This document shows positions 19,915-29,921 of a stretch of DNA of 64,000 bases, piece after piece. The notes below the pieces were generated by a model, which did not search any database, was not told where the DNA came from, and saw only the letters and a list, made by a program, of their open reading frames with translations. The stretch is from assembly GCA_902785275.1 (NCBI GenBank), contig CACZYB010000003.1:98602-162601 (forward strand), in the 5' to 3' direction. The DNA is from an uncultured Pseudomonadota bacterium (GTDB lineage: Bacteria > Pseudomonadota > Alphaproteobacteria > Rs-D84 > CACZYB01). The number at the start of each line of letters is the position of its first letter. Position 1 is the stretch's first letter. A program made the position numbers and the translations under genes.

Positions 19915-20887
19915 ATTTCAGAATAACATCCAATAGTGATTTTTCGTTTTCTATTTTTAAATCTATTTCAACAGGGGTGATTTTTTTTCTATATTTAGCT
20001 GGAATTTTTACATAATCCTTTGATGTTGTAAGAATTGGCATATTTCCAGATGCAGAAAGAATTTTCTCGAAATCGCTGTCACTGTATTCATAATGGTCAG
20101 GAAATTCAAGCGATTGTTTGATTTTTACCCCCTCCCCATTTAATGTATCATAAAATTTTTGAGGATTACCGATGCCGGCAAAGGCAATAACCTCTTTATT
20201 TTTAAATTTTTTCAAATCCTTTGGTTCAGTAAAAGCTTGGAAAATAGGTACATTATACGATGATAATTTTTTTTCAAACGATTGATTTAATTTTCTCATA
20301 ATAACAACGGCAGATGCCTTTTTCATACCGCTTTTTAAACCTTCACGAAGTGGACCAGCGGGAAAAATAAATCCGTTACTAATTGTGGAAACTCCATCAA
20401 AAACCAAAACTGATTTATCCTTTTTTAAGGTATAGTTTTGAAGACCATCGTCCATAATTATAACATCAACCTTTTTTTCCAAAAGTTTGGCACTTTTTGC
20501 ACGATTAGAGCAAATGCAAACAGGAACGTTTCCATTAAATTTTTTGTAAATCATAAAAACTTCGTCCCCGACATCAAGTGCAGTATGTTTTTTTTCATCG
20601 ACAAGAACAGGTTTATTTGATGAAAGACGACCACCGTAACCACGGGAAAGAACACCTACTTTGATATGCTTTTTGATTAAAAGCTCAATCATCTTTATAA
20701 CCAAAGGAGTTTTGCCGACACCACCAATTGTGATATTTCCAATACAAATAACCTTTGCCTTTGAATGATATGGCTTTGATTTTATTCTGTTTATAGATGA
20801 AACAAGCCAATAAAGTATTGATAATGGCAAAAAGAAAAGACCAATGCTTAGTTTACTATTGAAATATTTCGGAGTTTGTGCTTTCAT
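19913..20887 (-). CDS. lpxK: tetraacyldisaccharide 4'-kinase
   Basis: GNITIGGVGKTP, SRGYGG, GDE, DDGLQ, PAGPLRE and FPDH. Confidence 0.96.
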   Translation of the reverse strand: MKAQTPKYFNSKLSIGLFFLPLSILYWLVSSINRIKSKPYHSKAKVICIGNITIGGVGKTPLVIKMIELLIKKHIKVGVLSRGYGGRLSSNKPVLVDEKKHTALDVGDEVFMIYKKFNGNVPVCICSNRAKSAKLLEKKVDVIIMDDGLQNYTLKKDKSVLVFDGVSTISNGFIFPAGPLREGLKSGMKKASAVVIMRKLNQSFEKKLSSYNVPIFQAFTEPKDLKKFKNKEVIAFAGIGNPQKFYDTLNGEGVKIKQSLEFPDHYEYSDSDFEKILSASGNMPILTTSKDYVKIPAKYRKKITPVEIDLKIENEKSLLDVILK

Positions 20888-20943
20888 ATCATAGTTCCTT
20901 AATTAAACAGGAATAGTATATAACAAAAAATAGTGCTAGTCAA

Positions 20944-21333
20944 ATGAACATAGAAGAATTAAAACAAACTTTTGATATGCTTGAAGACAGTGACGAGAAA
21001 TATGCCTTTGTCATTGACCTTGGGAAGCAGCTTTTACCATATCCGGAAGATAAGAAGGATGACGAGCATAAAATTTATGGATGCTCCTCTAATGTATGGT
21101 TTAATATAAATGAAGATGGTGGAAAATACTGTTTCGATTTTGAAAGCGATGCATTGATTGTAAAGGGATTACTTTTCATAATAAAGGCTTTGTTCGATGG
21201 TAAAAATGCAGAAGAAATAAAGCAAATTGACGCGATGGCTTTCTTTGATGAAATAGGATTGAAATCCATACTTTCCAATCAAAGACAAGTTGGACTTTCA
21301 TCAATCATAAAAAGGATTGAAAGTATAGAATAG
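20944..21333 (+). CDS. sufE: SufE family sulfur acceptor
   Basis: IDLGK, GCSSNVW, SDALIVKG and LSNQRQVG. Confidence 0.92.
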   Translation: MNIEELKQTFDMLEDSDEKYAFVIDLGKQLLPYPEDKKDDEHKIYGCSSNVWFNINEDGGKYCFDFESDALIVKGLLFIIKALFDGKNAEEIKQIDAMAFFDEIGLKSILSNQRQVGLSSIIKRIESIE

Positions 21334-21377
21334 CAAAAAGATTTGATTTTTTTCCAACTATGTTATATAATGAAAGA

Positions 21378-22805
21378 ATGAAAAAGTTTGGGATATCGAA
21401 GCAAAAAATAAAAAATTGTGTTACAAAACCTCATTTCCAGGTTTTTGTAGCAAGTTTTTCTATATGTCTTTTACTTTTCTTTATCGTTTCAAAACAATCA
21501 GGAAGCAATATCCCTCCAAGAATACAGGATGCCTTTGATCCAATTATTTCTACACAAAACCCTGTTAATAAAAATATAAAACCGATATCTTCGGTTAATG
21601 GTATCTTCAGTAGTATGTTTTCCAATACAAAGGAACATATTTTACCTGTAAAAAATGGGGACAGTATTGCATCAATTCTTTCAAATTTGGGTGTTCCATA
21701 TAATGAAATTTTGGATGTTAGCAAATCAATTAACCCAATATTCAAACTTTCAGATTTAAGACCTGATAATGATAAAATCGTTGTAAAAGTAAAACCTTTG
21801 GGTGAAGAAAATGGAAAAGCAAAGGTTCAACTTTCATACTTGGAAATTGTAAAAAGCCCAATATACAGAATTATTTCAACAAGAACAGATGATGGATTTA
21901 AAACCGTTGAATCAAAATCAAATATTAATTCCGAACTTGTTCGTGGTGAAGGCGTTATTGAAAAGGGAGCAAGCCTTACACAGATTGCTATTCAAAACGG
22001 TATTCCATACAATGTGATTGATAAGTTTTATGAAATATTTTCGTTCGATGTTGACTTTGAACGTGATATTTATCCTGGTGATAAATTCCAGATTATGTAT
22101 GAACAACTTTATTCTGATAATGGTGATTATTTAGGAAGTGGTAATGTACTTTTTGCTTCACTTTACCTTAACTCTAGAAGAACAGAATTCAGACTTTTTA
22201 GATATGAAAATGATAAAGGTGTTGTTGGATATTATGATGAAGATGGTAAAGGTGCATCAAAAACTTTAAAGAAAACTCCGATAAACGGAGCAAGAATTTC
22301 ATCAAAATATGGTAACAGAAAACACCCTATACTTGGATACTCAAAGGCACATAAGGGTGTTGACTTTGCCGCACCTACTGGAACACCTATTCCTGCTGCT
22401 GGAAGTGGTAAAGTTGTTTATCGAGGTTGGATAAATGGCTATGGTAACTATATCAAGGTTCGTCATAACGGTACCTACTCTACTGCCTATGCTCATTTAA
22501 GTAGATTCAAGCCAGAGGTAAAAGTTGGTTCCCAGGTTAAACAAGGTCAAATTATTGGTTATGTTGGTTCAACCGGACTTTCTACTGGACCACATCTTCA
22601 CTATGAAATCATAAAGGATGGAATACAGGTAAATCCTTTGTCTGTAAAACTTCCGTCAATTCAAAACCTATCTGGGGAAGAAGTTAAAAACTTTGCTTCT
22701 GTTAGGGATAAAATTAATATCCAATTTACTGTTTTGGATAAAAATTTCAGTCAATTTGCAAATCTTATCGATATAAAATCTATTGATGCAGATATGTTGA
22801 AATAG
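21378..22805 (+). CDS. M23 family peptidoglycan endopeptidase (MepM-like)
   Basis: N-terminal TM, LysM-like segment, HKGVDFAAP, YAHL and TGPHLHYE. The start may instead be 21360. Confidence 0.9.
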   Translation: MKKFGISKQKIKNCVTKPHFQVFVASFSICLLLFFIVSKQSGSNIPPRIQDAFDPIISTQNPVNKNIKPISSVNGIFSSMFSNTKEHILPVKNGDSIASILSNLGVPYNEILDVSKSINPIFKLSDLRPDNDKIVVKVKPLGEENGKAKVQLSYLEIVKSPIYRIISTRTDDGFKTVESKSNINSELVRGEGVIEKGASLTQIAIQNGIPYNVIDKFYEIFSFDVDFERDIYPGDKFQIMYEQLYSDNGDYLGSGNVLFASLYLNSRRTEFRLFRYENDKGVVGYYDEDGKGASKTLKKTPINGARISSKYGNRKHPILGYSKAHKGVDFAAPTGTPIPAAGSGKVVYRGWINGYGNYIKVRHNGTYSTAYAHLSRFKPEVKVGSQVKQGQIIGYVGSTGLSTGPHLHYEIIKDGIQVNPLSVKLPSIQNLSGEEVKNFASVRDKINIQFTVLDKNFSQFANLIDIKSIDADMLK

Positions 22806-22930
22806 TATTGATTTTCCGGCAAAAATAATTAATTAAAATTTATTCAAAATTTCTATCTTTACCCTTGAAAAATATAGAAAGATTTTGTATTCTTTTCTTA
22901 TTGTTTAAAATATAATTAGGAGTATTAATT

Positions 22931-24478
22931 ATGAAAGTATCAAAGTTTAAGTTTTTTTCAATTCTTTCAATTGCTTTGGTTGCGTTGGCGATTGTTCTTC
23001 CGAACTTTATGTCAGATAAGACAAAGGAAAAACTTCCATCTGCTTTACAGGGAAGTCCTATTGCCCTTGGCCTTGATTTAAAAGGTGGCGCATACATACT
23101 TTTGGAAGCAGATATTAATTCTGTGATAAGAGAAAAAAATACTCAGATAAAAGATGTTGTTAGAAAAGAGCTTCGTGGGGACAGAGAAAAAGGTGAAGCA
23201 ATGATACCTTATGCAAACCTTACTGGCACATCAAACTATACAACCGTAATTATTAAAAATCCAGAAGATATAAAAGAAGCAAAACGTCGTATTCAAAAAG
23301 CTACTGTTGATGATGTTGAAATGGAGTTAGAAGATAACAAGATGAAAGTTTTCTACTCTGAAGAAGCTATTAAGAAAATGAAAAATGATATTTTAAACAG
23401 TTCGATAGAAATCGTTCGTAGACGTGTTGACTCTCTTGGTAACAAAGAACCATCAATTCAAAAGCAAGGTGAAAACCGAATTATGGTACAACTTCCTGGT
23501 GCTGAAAATCCTGAACGTATAAAAGAACTTATTGGAAAAACAGCAAAAATGACTTTCCATATGGTTGATGAAGAAGCTATGCAGACAGGTGTTGTCCCAA
23601 TGGATTCAGAAATTGTTGATGGTATAGTTGTAAAGAAAAGAGTTGCAGTTAGTGGTGAAAACTTAACAGACTCTCGTGTTTCATACGATCAAAATGGAAG
23701 ACCAGCAGTTACAACAACATTCAATACTATCGGTGCAAAAGCTTTTTCAAAATTAACAAGTGAAAATATTGGTAAAAGATTTGCAATAGTACTTGATGGA
23801 AAGGTTCTTTCTGCACCAACAATTCAAGAAGCAATTACTGGTGGAAATGGTCAAATCACTGGCGGTTTTTCAACTGAACAAGCAAATGATTTATCAACAA
23901 TGCTTCGTTCTGGTGCGCTTCCTTGTGAACTTACTGTTGTAGAAGAAAGAACTGTTGGGGCAGGACTTGGTGCTGACTCTATTGAAAAAGGAAGTATGGC
24001 AAGTATCTTAGGCCTTGCCTTGGTTCTTTTATTTATGATTGCTACATATGGTGTATTGGGTATTTTCTCTGATATAGTTTTGGTATTAAACATACTTTTG
24101 ATTTTTGCAGGATTGGCAATCACCGGTGCAACATTAACACTTCCTGGTATTGCAGGTATTGCCCTTAATATTGGTATGGCTGTTGATGCAAACATCCTTA
24201 TATTCGAAGGTATGCGTGAAGGTTCAAAACGTGGTGTAAGTGCAATCAAGTCAATAGAAGATGGTTTCAATGGTGCATTTTCTGCAATTATGGATTCTAA
24301 TTTAACAACTCTTGCATCCGCACTTATCATGTTCCAATTTGGAAGTGGTCCAATTAAGGGATTTGCTGTAACCTTAACAATGGGTATTTTAACATCACTT
24401 TTCACAAACATCACTTGTCTTAAAATGATACTTGAATTATGGGCAAGAACTGGTAAAGCAAAAAAGATTGATTTATAA
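22931..24478 (+). CDS. secD: protein translocase subunit SecD
   Basis: LGLDLKGG, LRSGALP, GMAVDANILIFE and DSNLTT. Confidence 0.97.
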   Translation: MKVSKFKFFSILSIALVALAIVLPNFMSDKTKEKLPSALQGSPIALGLDLKGGAYILLEADINSVIREKNTQIKDVVRKELRGDREKGEAMIPYANLTGTSNYTTVIIKNPEDIKEAKRRIQKATVDDVEMELEDNKMKVFYSEEAIKKMKNDILNSSIEIVRRRVDSLGNKEPSIQKQGENRIMVQLPGAENPERIKELIGKTAKMTFHMVDEEAMQTGVVPMDSEIVDGIVVKKRVAVSGENLTDSRVSYDQNGRPAVTTTFNTIGAKAFSKLTSENIGKRFAIVLDGKVLSAPTIQEAITGGNGQITGGFSTEQANDLSTMLRSGALPCELTVVEERTVGAGLGADSIEKGSMASILGLALVLLFMIATYGVLGIFSDIVLVLNILLIFAGLAITGATLTLPGIAGIALNIGMAVDANILIFEGMREGSKRGVSAIKSIEDGFNGAFSAIMDSNLTTLASALIMFQFGSGPIKGFAVTLTMGILTSLFTNITCLKMILELWARTGKAKKIDL

Positions 24479-24496
24479 ACATGAGGTAGATTTAAA

Positions 24497-25969
24497 ATGA
24501 AATTAACTGATTTAACTATTACACAAGCAAAAGATTTACTTAATAAGAAAGAAATTTCTGCTGTTGAGCTTACAAAGGCTTTTATCTCTAATATGGAAAA
24601 ATATAAGGGACTTAATGCTTTTGTTACTGAAACACCGGAAATTGCCCTTAAACAAGCAAAAGTTGCAGATGAAAATATTGCACAAGACAAAGCCAGAGAA
24701 TTAGAAGGTATTCCTTTGACAATCAAAGATTTGTACTGTACAAAAGGTGTTAGAACAACTGCATCATCAAAGATGCTTGAGAATTTTGTTCCAGAATATG
24801 AATCAACAGTTTCAAGAAAATTACTCGAAGCTGGGATCACTATGCTTGGAAAAACATCAATGGATGAATTTGCGATGGGTTCAACAAACTTAACATCATA
24901 TTTTGGTGAAGTTAAAAATCCATACAAAAGAAATGGTGAGGATTTAGTTCCTGGTGGTTCATCTGGTGGTTCTGCATCTGCTGTGGCTTCTGGTTGTGCT
25001 ATGGCTGCAACAGGAAGTGATACCGGTGGTTCAATCAGACAACCTGCAAGCTTTTGTGGTTTGGTTGGTATGAAACCAACTTATGGTCGTGCATCACGTT
25101 ATGGTATGGTTGCATTCTCTTCATCACTTGATTGCCCAGGGCCAATAACAAGAACTGTTGCAGATAGTGCATTGTTCCTTAAAGTTATTTCTGGACTTGA
25201 TGAAAAAGATCCAACAACTGCACCAAGAGAAGTTGTTGATTGGACAAAGGTTTTGGGTCAATCTGTAAAGGGACTTAAAATCGGTATTCCAGAAGAATAC
25301 AAAAGTGATAAACTTAATCTAGAAGTTCAAAAACTTTGGGATGAACGTGCTGAAGATTTAAGAAAGATGGGAGCGGAAATTATAAATATCTCTCTTCCAC
25401 ACACAAAATATTCTTTGCCAGTTTATTACATAATCGCTCCTGCAGAAGCATCTTCTAACCTTGCAAGATATGATGGTGTAAAATATGGTTACAGAACATC
25501 ATCTCCATATCATTCTTTGGATGAAATGTATGAGCTTACAAGAACAGAAGGTTTTGGTGCCGAGGTTAAGAAACGTCTTCTTATTGGTTCAACAATTTTG
25601 ACCGAAGAATTTTATGAACGTTCTTATTTGAAAGCTCTTAAGACAAGAAGACTTATTTGTGAAGAATTTGAAGAAGCATTCAAGAAAGTTGATGTTATTT
25701 TAACACCATCAACAACTGGCGCTGCATTCTCAAAGAATGATAAGCTTTCACCACTTGATGTTTATTTGAACGATGTTTATACTGTGGGTTCATCATTGGC
25801 TGGTCTTCCATCAATGTCTGTTCCTGTTGGAAAGGATAAAAATGGTTTGCCACTTGGACTTCAGATTATGGGTAGAAAGTTTGATGAAGAAACAGTTTAC
25901 AAAGTTGGATATCAACTTGAACTTATTTCACAATTTGATAACACACCTTCAAAAGTTATGGGAGAATAG
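24497..25969 (+). CDS. gatA: Asp/Glu-tRNA amidotransferase subunit A
   Basis: PGGSSGGSA, GSDTGGSIRQPA and SNLARYDG. Confidence 0.97.
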   Translation: MKLTDLTITQAKDLLNKKEISAVELTKAFISNMEKYKGLNAFVTETPEIALKQAKVADENIAQDKARELEGIPLTIKDLYCTKGVRTTASSKMLENFVPEYESTVSRKLLEAGITMLGKTSMDEFAMGSTNLTSYFGEVKNPYKRNGEDLVPGGSSGGSASAVASGCAMAATGSDTGGSIRQPASFCGLVGMKPTYGRASRYGMVAFSSSLDCPGPITRTVADSALFLKVISGLDEKDPTTAPREVVDWTKVLGQSVKGLKIGIPEEYKSDKLNLEVQKLWDERAEDLRKMGAEIINISLPHTKYSLPVYYIIAPAEASSNLARYDGVKYGYRTSSPYHSLDEMYELTRTEGFGAEVKKRLLIGSTILTEEFYERSYLKALKTRRLICEEFEEAFKKVDVILTPSTTGAAFSKNDKLSPLDVYLNDVYTVGSSLAGLPSMSVPVGKDKNGLPLGLQIMGRKFDEETVYKVGYQLELISQFDNTPSKVMGE

Positions 25970-25972
25970 ATT

Positions 25973-27436
25973 ATGTATACAGTAAAAGCAAAAGATAAAG
26001 AATACGAAATGAATATTGGACTTGAAATTCACTGTCAAGTCATAAGCGAATCGAAATTATTCTCTGCATCATCAACAAAGTTTGGTGCTCAACCAAATAC
26101 TCATGTTTCATTTTTTGATAGTGGTTTTCCGGGACAACTTCCTGTTATAAACAAATACTGTATTGAACAGGCAATTAAAACAGGTCTTGGACTTAATGCA
26201 AAAATCAATAAACGTTCTGTTTTTGATAGAAAGCATTATTTCTATGCTGATCTTCCTACTGGATATCAAATTACACAACAATTTCACCCTATTGTAAGTG
26301 ACGGTTGGGTTGAAATTACTGATGAAGAAGGTAATGCAAAAAAAATCCGAATCGAAAAACTTCATGTGGAACAAGATGCCGGCAAACTTAATCACGAACT
26401 TTCACCAAATAAATCTATGGTGGATTTCAACCGTGCGGGTGTTGCATTGATGGAAATTGTTTCAAAACCAGATATTTCCAGTCCTTATGAAGCTGGTGAA
26501 TATATTAAAAAGATGCGTTCTATTGTTCGCTATCTTGGTACTTGCGATGGAAATATGGATGAAGGAAGTATGCGTTGTGATATTAATATTTCCCTTCGTG
26601 AAAAAGGAAGTGATAAGCTTGGTACACGTACAGAAACAAAGAACGTAAACTCTGTTCGTTTCGCAATACAAGCTATTGAATACGAAGCTCAAAGACAGGC
26701 TGATATTCTTGCTGATGGTGGAAAGATTGATCAAGAAACAAGACTTTTCGATGCAAATACTGGTACTACACGTACTATGCGTAGTAAGGAAAATGCGATT
26801 GATTATCGTTATTTCCCAGATCCAGATATTATGCCTCTTATCTTGGAAGAAGGTTTGGTTGAAAGAATTAAAGAATCTATGCCTGAACTTCCTGATGTAA
26901 AAAAGAAAAGATTTATGGAGCAATATAAACTTTCTGACTATGATTCAAACATTTTGACATCGGAACGTGCGATTGCTGAATACTTTGAAAAGGCAGTTGA
27001 TAAGACAAAAGATAACGACGGAAAGATGGTTTCAAACTGGATGCAATCTGAACTTTTTGCCGTACTTAACAAAGAAGCAAAAGATATTATCGACAGCCCA
27101 ATTAAACCAGAAGAATTAGCTGAACTTATCAACCTTATAAAGGATGGTACAATTTCTGGTAAGATTGCAAAAGATGTTTTCAAACTTATGTATGAAGGTG
27201 ATGAAAAATCTGCTTCAAAAATTGTTGAAGAAAAAGGTTGGAAACAAGTTTCTGATACATCTGCGATTGAAAAAGTTATTGATGATTTGATTGCAAATTC
27301 ACCTGACAATGTTAACGCATATAAGGCTGGAAAGGTTCAACTTTTCGGTTGGTTTGTTGGTCAAACATTAAAGGCTATGAAGGGACAAGCAAATCCACAG
27401 ATTGTAAACGAAATTTTGAAAAAGAAATTAGGTTAG
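25973..27436 (+). CDS. gatB: Asp/Glu-tRNA amidotransferase subunit B
   Basis: IGLEIH, RKHYFYADLP, EGSMRCD and YRYFPDPD. Confidence 0.97.
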   Translation: MYTVKAKDKEYEMNIGLEIHCQVISESKLFSASSTKFGAQPNTHVSFFDSGFPGQLPVINKYCIEQAIKTGLGLNAKINKRSVFDRKHYFYADLPTGYQITQQFHPIVSDGWVEITDEEGNAKKIRIEKLHVEQDAGKLNHELSPNKSMVDFNRAGVALMEIVSKPDISSPYEAGEYIKKMRSIVRYLGTCDGNMDEGSMRCDINISLREKGSDKLGTRTETKNVNSVRFAIQAIEYEAQRQADILADGGKIDQETRLFDANTGTTRTMRSKENAIDYRYFPDPDIMPLILEEGLVERIKESMPELPDVKKKRFMEQYKLSDYDSNILTSERAIAEYFEKAVDKTKDNDGKMVSNWMQSELFAVLNKEAKDIIDSPIKPEELAELINLIKDGTISGKIAKDVFKLMYEGDEKSASKIVEEKGWKQVSDTSAIEKVIDDLIANSPDNVNAYKAGKVQLFGWFVGQTLKAMKGQANPQIVNEILKKKLG

Positions 27437-27472
27437 TAAAACTATCATGGCAATCAATAGGAGAAAAAAATA

Positions 27473-28855
27473 ATGAATAAAATATTGTTTCATCTTAAAA
27501 CTTTTGGTTGCCAAATGAATGTTTACGATTCATCGCGAATCGTAGAGCTTCTTTCCGGTTGCGGTATGGAAGCCACAGAGGATGAATGTAATGCAGATAT
27601 TGTCATACTTAATACTTGCTATATCAGAGAAAAGGCATCAGCAAAAATATTTTCTGAGCTTGGAAGAATAAAAAAGCTTTATTTGAATGCAAAGAAAAAT
27701 GTGCCTGTGTTCGCAATTATTGGTTGTGTTGCAAAGGCAGAAGGTGATAATATTTTCAAACGTGCACCGTATGTTTCTATTGTACTTTCGTCACAAAAAT
27801 ATCACTTACTTCCTGAACTTCTTAAAAAAGCATTAGAGGAAAAAAATACTATTTTAAATGAGCAAGAAGATGGTGAAAAAAAGAAAAAGACAAAGCTTTC
27901 ACATTTGATAAATACAGAACTTTCCGGACTTGAAAAATTTGATTGTTTACCAACAGTTAAAACTTCAGACAGTGTCGCATTTGTTCAGGTACAAGAAGGT
28001 TGCGATAAATTCTGTACATACTGTGTTGTACCAAACACCCGTGGACGCGAAGTTTCAAGGAATGAACAATCAATACTTGATGAAGTAGAAAATCTTCAAA
28101 ATTTGGGTGCTGTGGAAATAAATCTTTTGGGTCAAAATGTGGATTGTTATGATAGTTTGGATAAGGACGGAAATAAATCAAACCTTGCAAAACTTATAAA
28201 GAAAATTGCAAAGTTTGAAAATGTGAAGCGAATCCGTTACACAACATCATATCCATCAGAATTTTTTGATGAGATGATTGAGCTTCATAAAACTGAACCA
28301 AAATTAATGCCTTTGGTTTATCTTCCTATACAATCTGGAAGTAATGAGGTTTTGCACAAGATGAACAGAAGATACACCCGTGAGCAGTATTTGGATTTGA
28401 TTAAAAAGCTTAAATCTGCGAATCCGGATATTCAAATTTCATCCGACTTTATTGTTGGTTTTCCGAATGAAACAGAGGAAGATTTTGAGCAAACTTTGGA
28501 TATTGTAAAGCAGGTAAAATTTATTCAATGCTATGCCTTTAAATACTCACCACGCCCTAATACCGTAGCGGCAAAGATGGATGGACAGATTGATTTAAAG
28601 ATAAAATCTGATAGATTGAAACGCCTTCAAACAGAACTTAGAAAACATCAGGATGCTTTCAATAAATCATGTGTTGGCAAAGTAATGAATGTTCTTTTTA
28701 CCGATGTTTCAAAAACAGATTCCGAATATATCCTTGGAAAAAATGAATACCTTCAACCTGTTATTGTAAAGGCTGGGGCTGAATTGATTGGCACGATTAA
28801 AAATGTGAAAATCGAATCGGCAAGCTATGCAAATCTTAAGGGTGAAATAGTATAA
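27473..28855 (+). CDS. miaB: tRNA methylthiotransferase MiaB
   Basis: TFGCQMN, NTCYIRE, CDKFCTYCVVP and YSPRP; TRAM domain. Confidence 0.96.
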   Translation: MNKILFHLKTFGCQMNVYDSSRIVELLSGCGMEATEDECNADIVILNTCYIREKASAKIFSELGRIKKLYLNAKKNVPVFAIIGCVAKAEGDNIFKRAPYVSIVLSSQKYHLLPELLKKALEEKNTILNEQEDGEKKKKTKLSHLINTELSGLEKFDCLPTVKTSDSVAFVQVQEGCDKFCTYCVVPNTRGREVSRNEQSILDEVENLQNLGAVEINLLGQNVDCYDSLDKDGNKSNLAKLIKKIAKFENVKRIRYTTSYPSEFFDEMIELHKTEPKLMPLVYLPIQSGSNEVLHKMNRRYTREQYLDLIKKLKSANPDIQISSDFIVGFPNETEEDFEQTLDIVKQVKFIQCYAFKYSPRPNTVAAKMDGQIDLKIKSDRLKRLQTELRKHQDAFNKSCVGKVMNVLFTDVSKTDSEYILGKNEYLQPVIVKAGAELIGTIKNVKIESASYANLKGEIV

Positions 28856-28938
28856 ATCCGTTTTAGGTTTTTGTTCTTATTGAAAAAATGGAATAGATAA
28901 GTAATTATTATCCCTGATAAAAAAGGAGATAATAGAAA

Positions 28939-29520
28939 ATGTTTGAACTTAATCAATACCCACTTACATACAAAAAAAGTGCATTACAACCATATATTTC
29001 TGAAACGACAATGGATTTTCATTATGAAAAGCATTTGGCTACCTATATTGACAATCTTAATAAGGCAATAAAAGGTACGGATTTTATAAACCTTAGCCTT
29101 AAACAAATAATAATAAAATCAAGTCATTCAAAGGAAACCAGATATACTTTTAATAATGCGGCACAGGTGTTTAATCATAATTTCTTTTTTAATTGTATGA
29201 AGATTGGGGTGCCACAAAATCTTCCAAAAAAATTGTTTAATTCGTTTGATTCACTTGATGATTTTAAATCTCAATTTAAAGCCGTGGCGAATACTATTTT
29301 CGGTAGTGGTTGGGTTTGGTTGGTAACAGAAGCCAGAGAGTATAAAATTGTAAAAACAGCAAATGCAGATACGCCAATTGCACATAATCAAACACCGCTT
29401 TTATGTTTGGATTTGTGGGAACATGCGTACTATTTAGATTATCAAAACAAGCGTGGCGAATTTATCGATACTTTTTTGAACCACCTTATAAATTGGGAAT
29501 TTGTTGAAAGTTGCCTTTGA
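28939..29520 (+). CDS. sodB: Fe superoxide dismutase
   Basis: HYEKH, NNAAQVFNH (Fe-type), FGSGW and DLWEHAYY. Confidence 0.93.
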   Translation: MFELNQYPLTYKKSALQPYISETTMDFHYEKHLATYIDNLNKAIKGTDFINLSLKQIIIKSSHSKETRYTFNNAAQVFNHNFFFNCMKIGVPQNLPKKLFNSFDSLDDFKSQFKAVANTIFGSGWVWLVTEAREYKIVKTANADTPIAHNQTPLLCLDLWEHAYYLDYQNKRGEFIDTFLNHLINWEFVESCL

Positions 29521-29543
29521 AAAAAGCCCCGTTTGGGGCTTTA
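29520..29543. terminator. bidirectional terminator
   Basis: aaagcccc-gttt-ggggcttt. Confidence 0.7.
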
Positions 29544-29544
29544 A

Positions 29545-29904
29545 TTATTTTCCATAAGGTTTTAATGAAAAAAGGACAACCAGTGGATCTTCGGATTCAA
29601 TTTTTATGGTTAATCCCTCATCTTCTCGTTTGAATGAATATACATCGTTTTGTGCACTTTTCAATTCCCAACCCAAAGATTTTAATGTTTCCTTATAAAA
29701 CTTTAAAAATTCAGATTTTTCAACAACTGTACTTGTAATATATTGCTCGATAATACGAAATTCTTCGGTATCAAAGGAAAGAACATCCTGTTCTTCAAAA
29801 CCATTTTGAAGAGGAATTTCTTCAAATGCAGACATAAAACCCTCTGCCCTTACAGGAAAGGAAAAATTCAAAATCAAAGCAATAATCAATAATATTTTTT
29901 TCAT
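29545..29904 (-). CDS. small exported hypothetical protein, last gene of the virB8-9-10 cluster
   Basis: Signal peptide (VRA|E) and an FYKETLKSLGW motif; starts 17 bp after the virB10 stop. Confidence 0.75.
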   Translation of the reverse strand: MKKILLIIALILNFSFPVRAEGFMSAFEEIPLQNGFEEQDVLSFDTEEFRIIEQYITSTVVEKSEFLKFYKETLKSLGWELKSAQNDVYSFKREDEGLTIKIESEDPLVVLFSLKPYGK

Positions 29905-29921
29905 TTTTAATTCCTTAATAA

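Noticed and set aside
23851-24927. 358-aa minus-strand ORF
   Set aside because: Antisense shadow of secD/gatA with no protein-like motifs. The same applies to the many short ORFs that overlap assigned genes.
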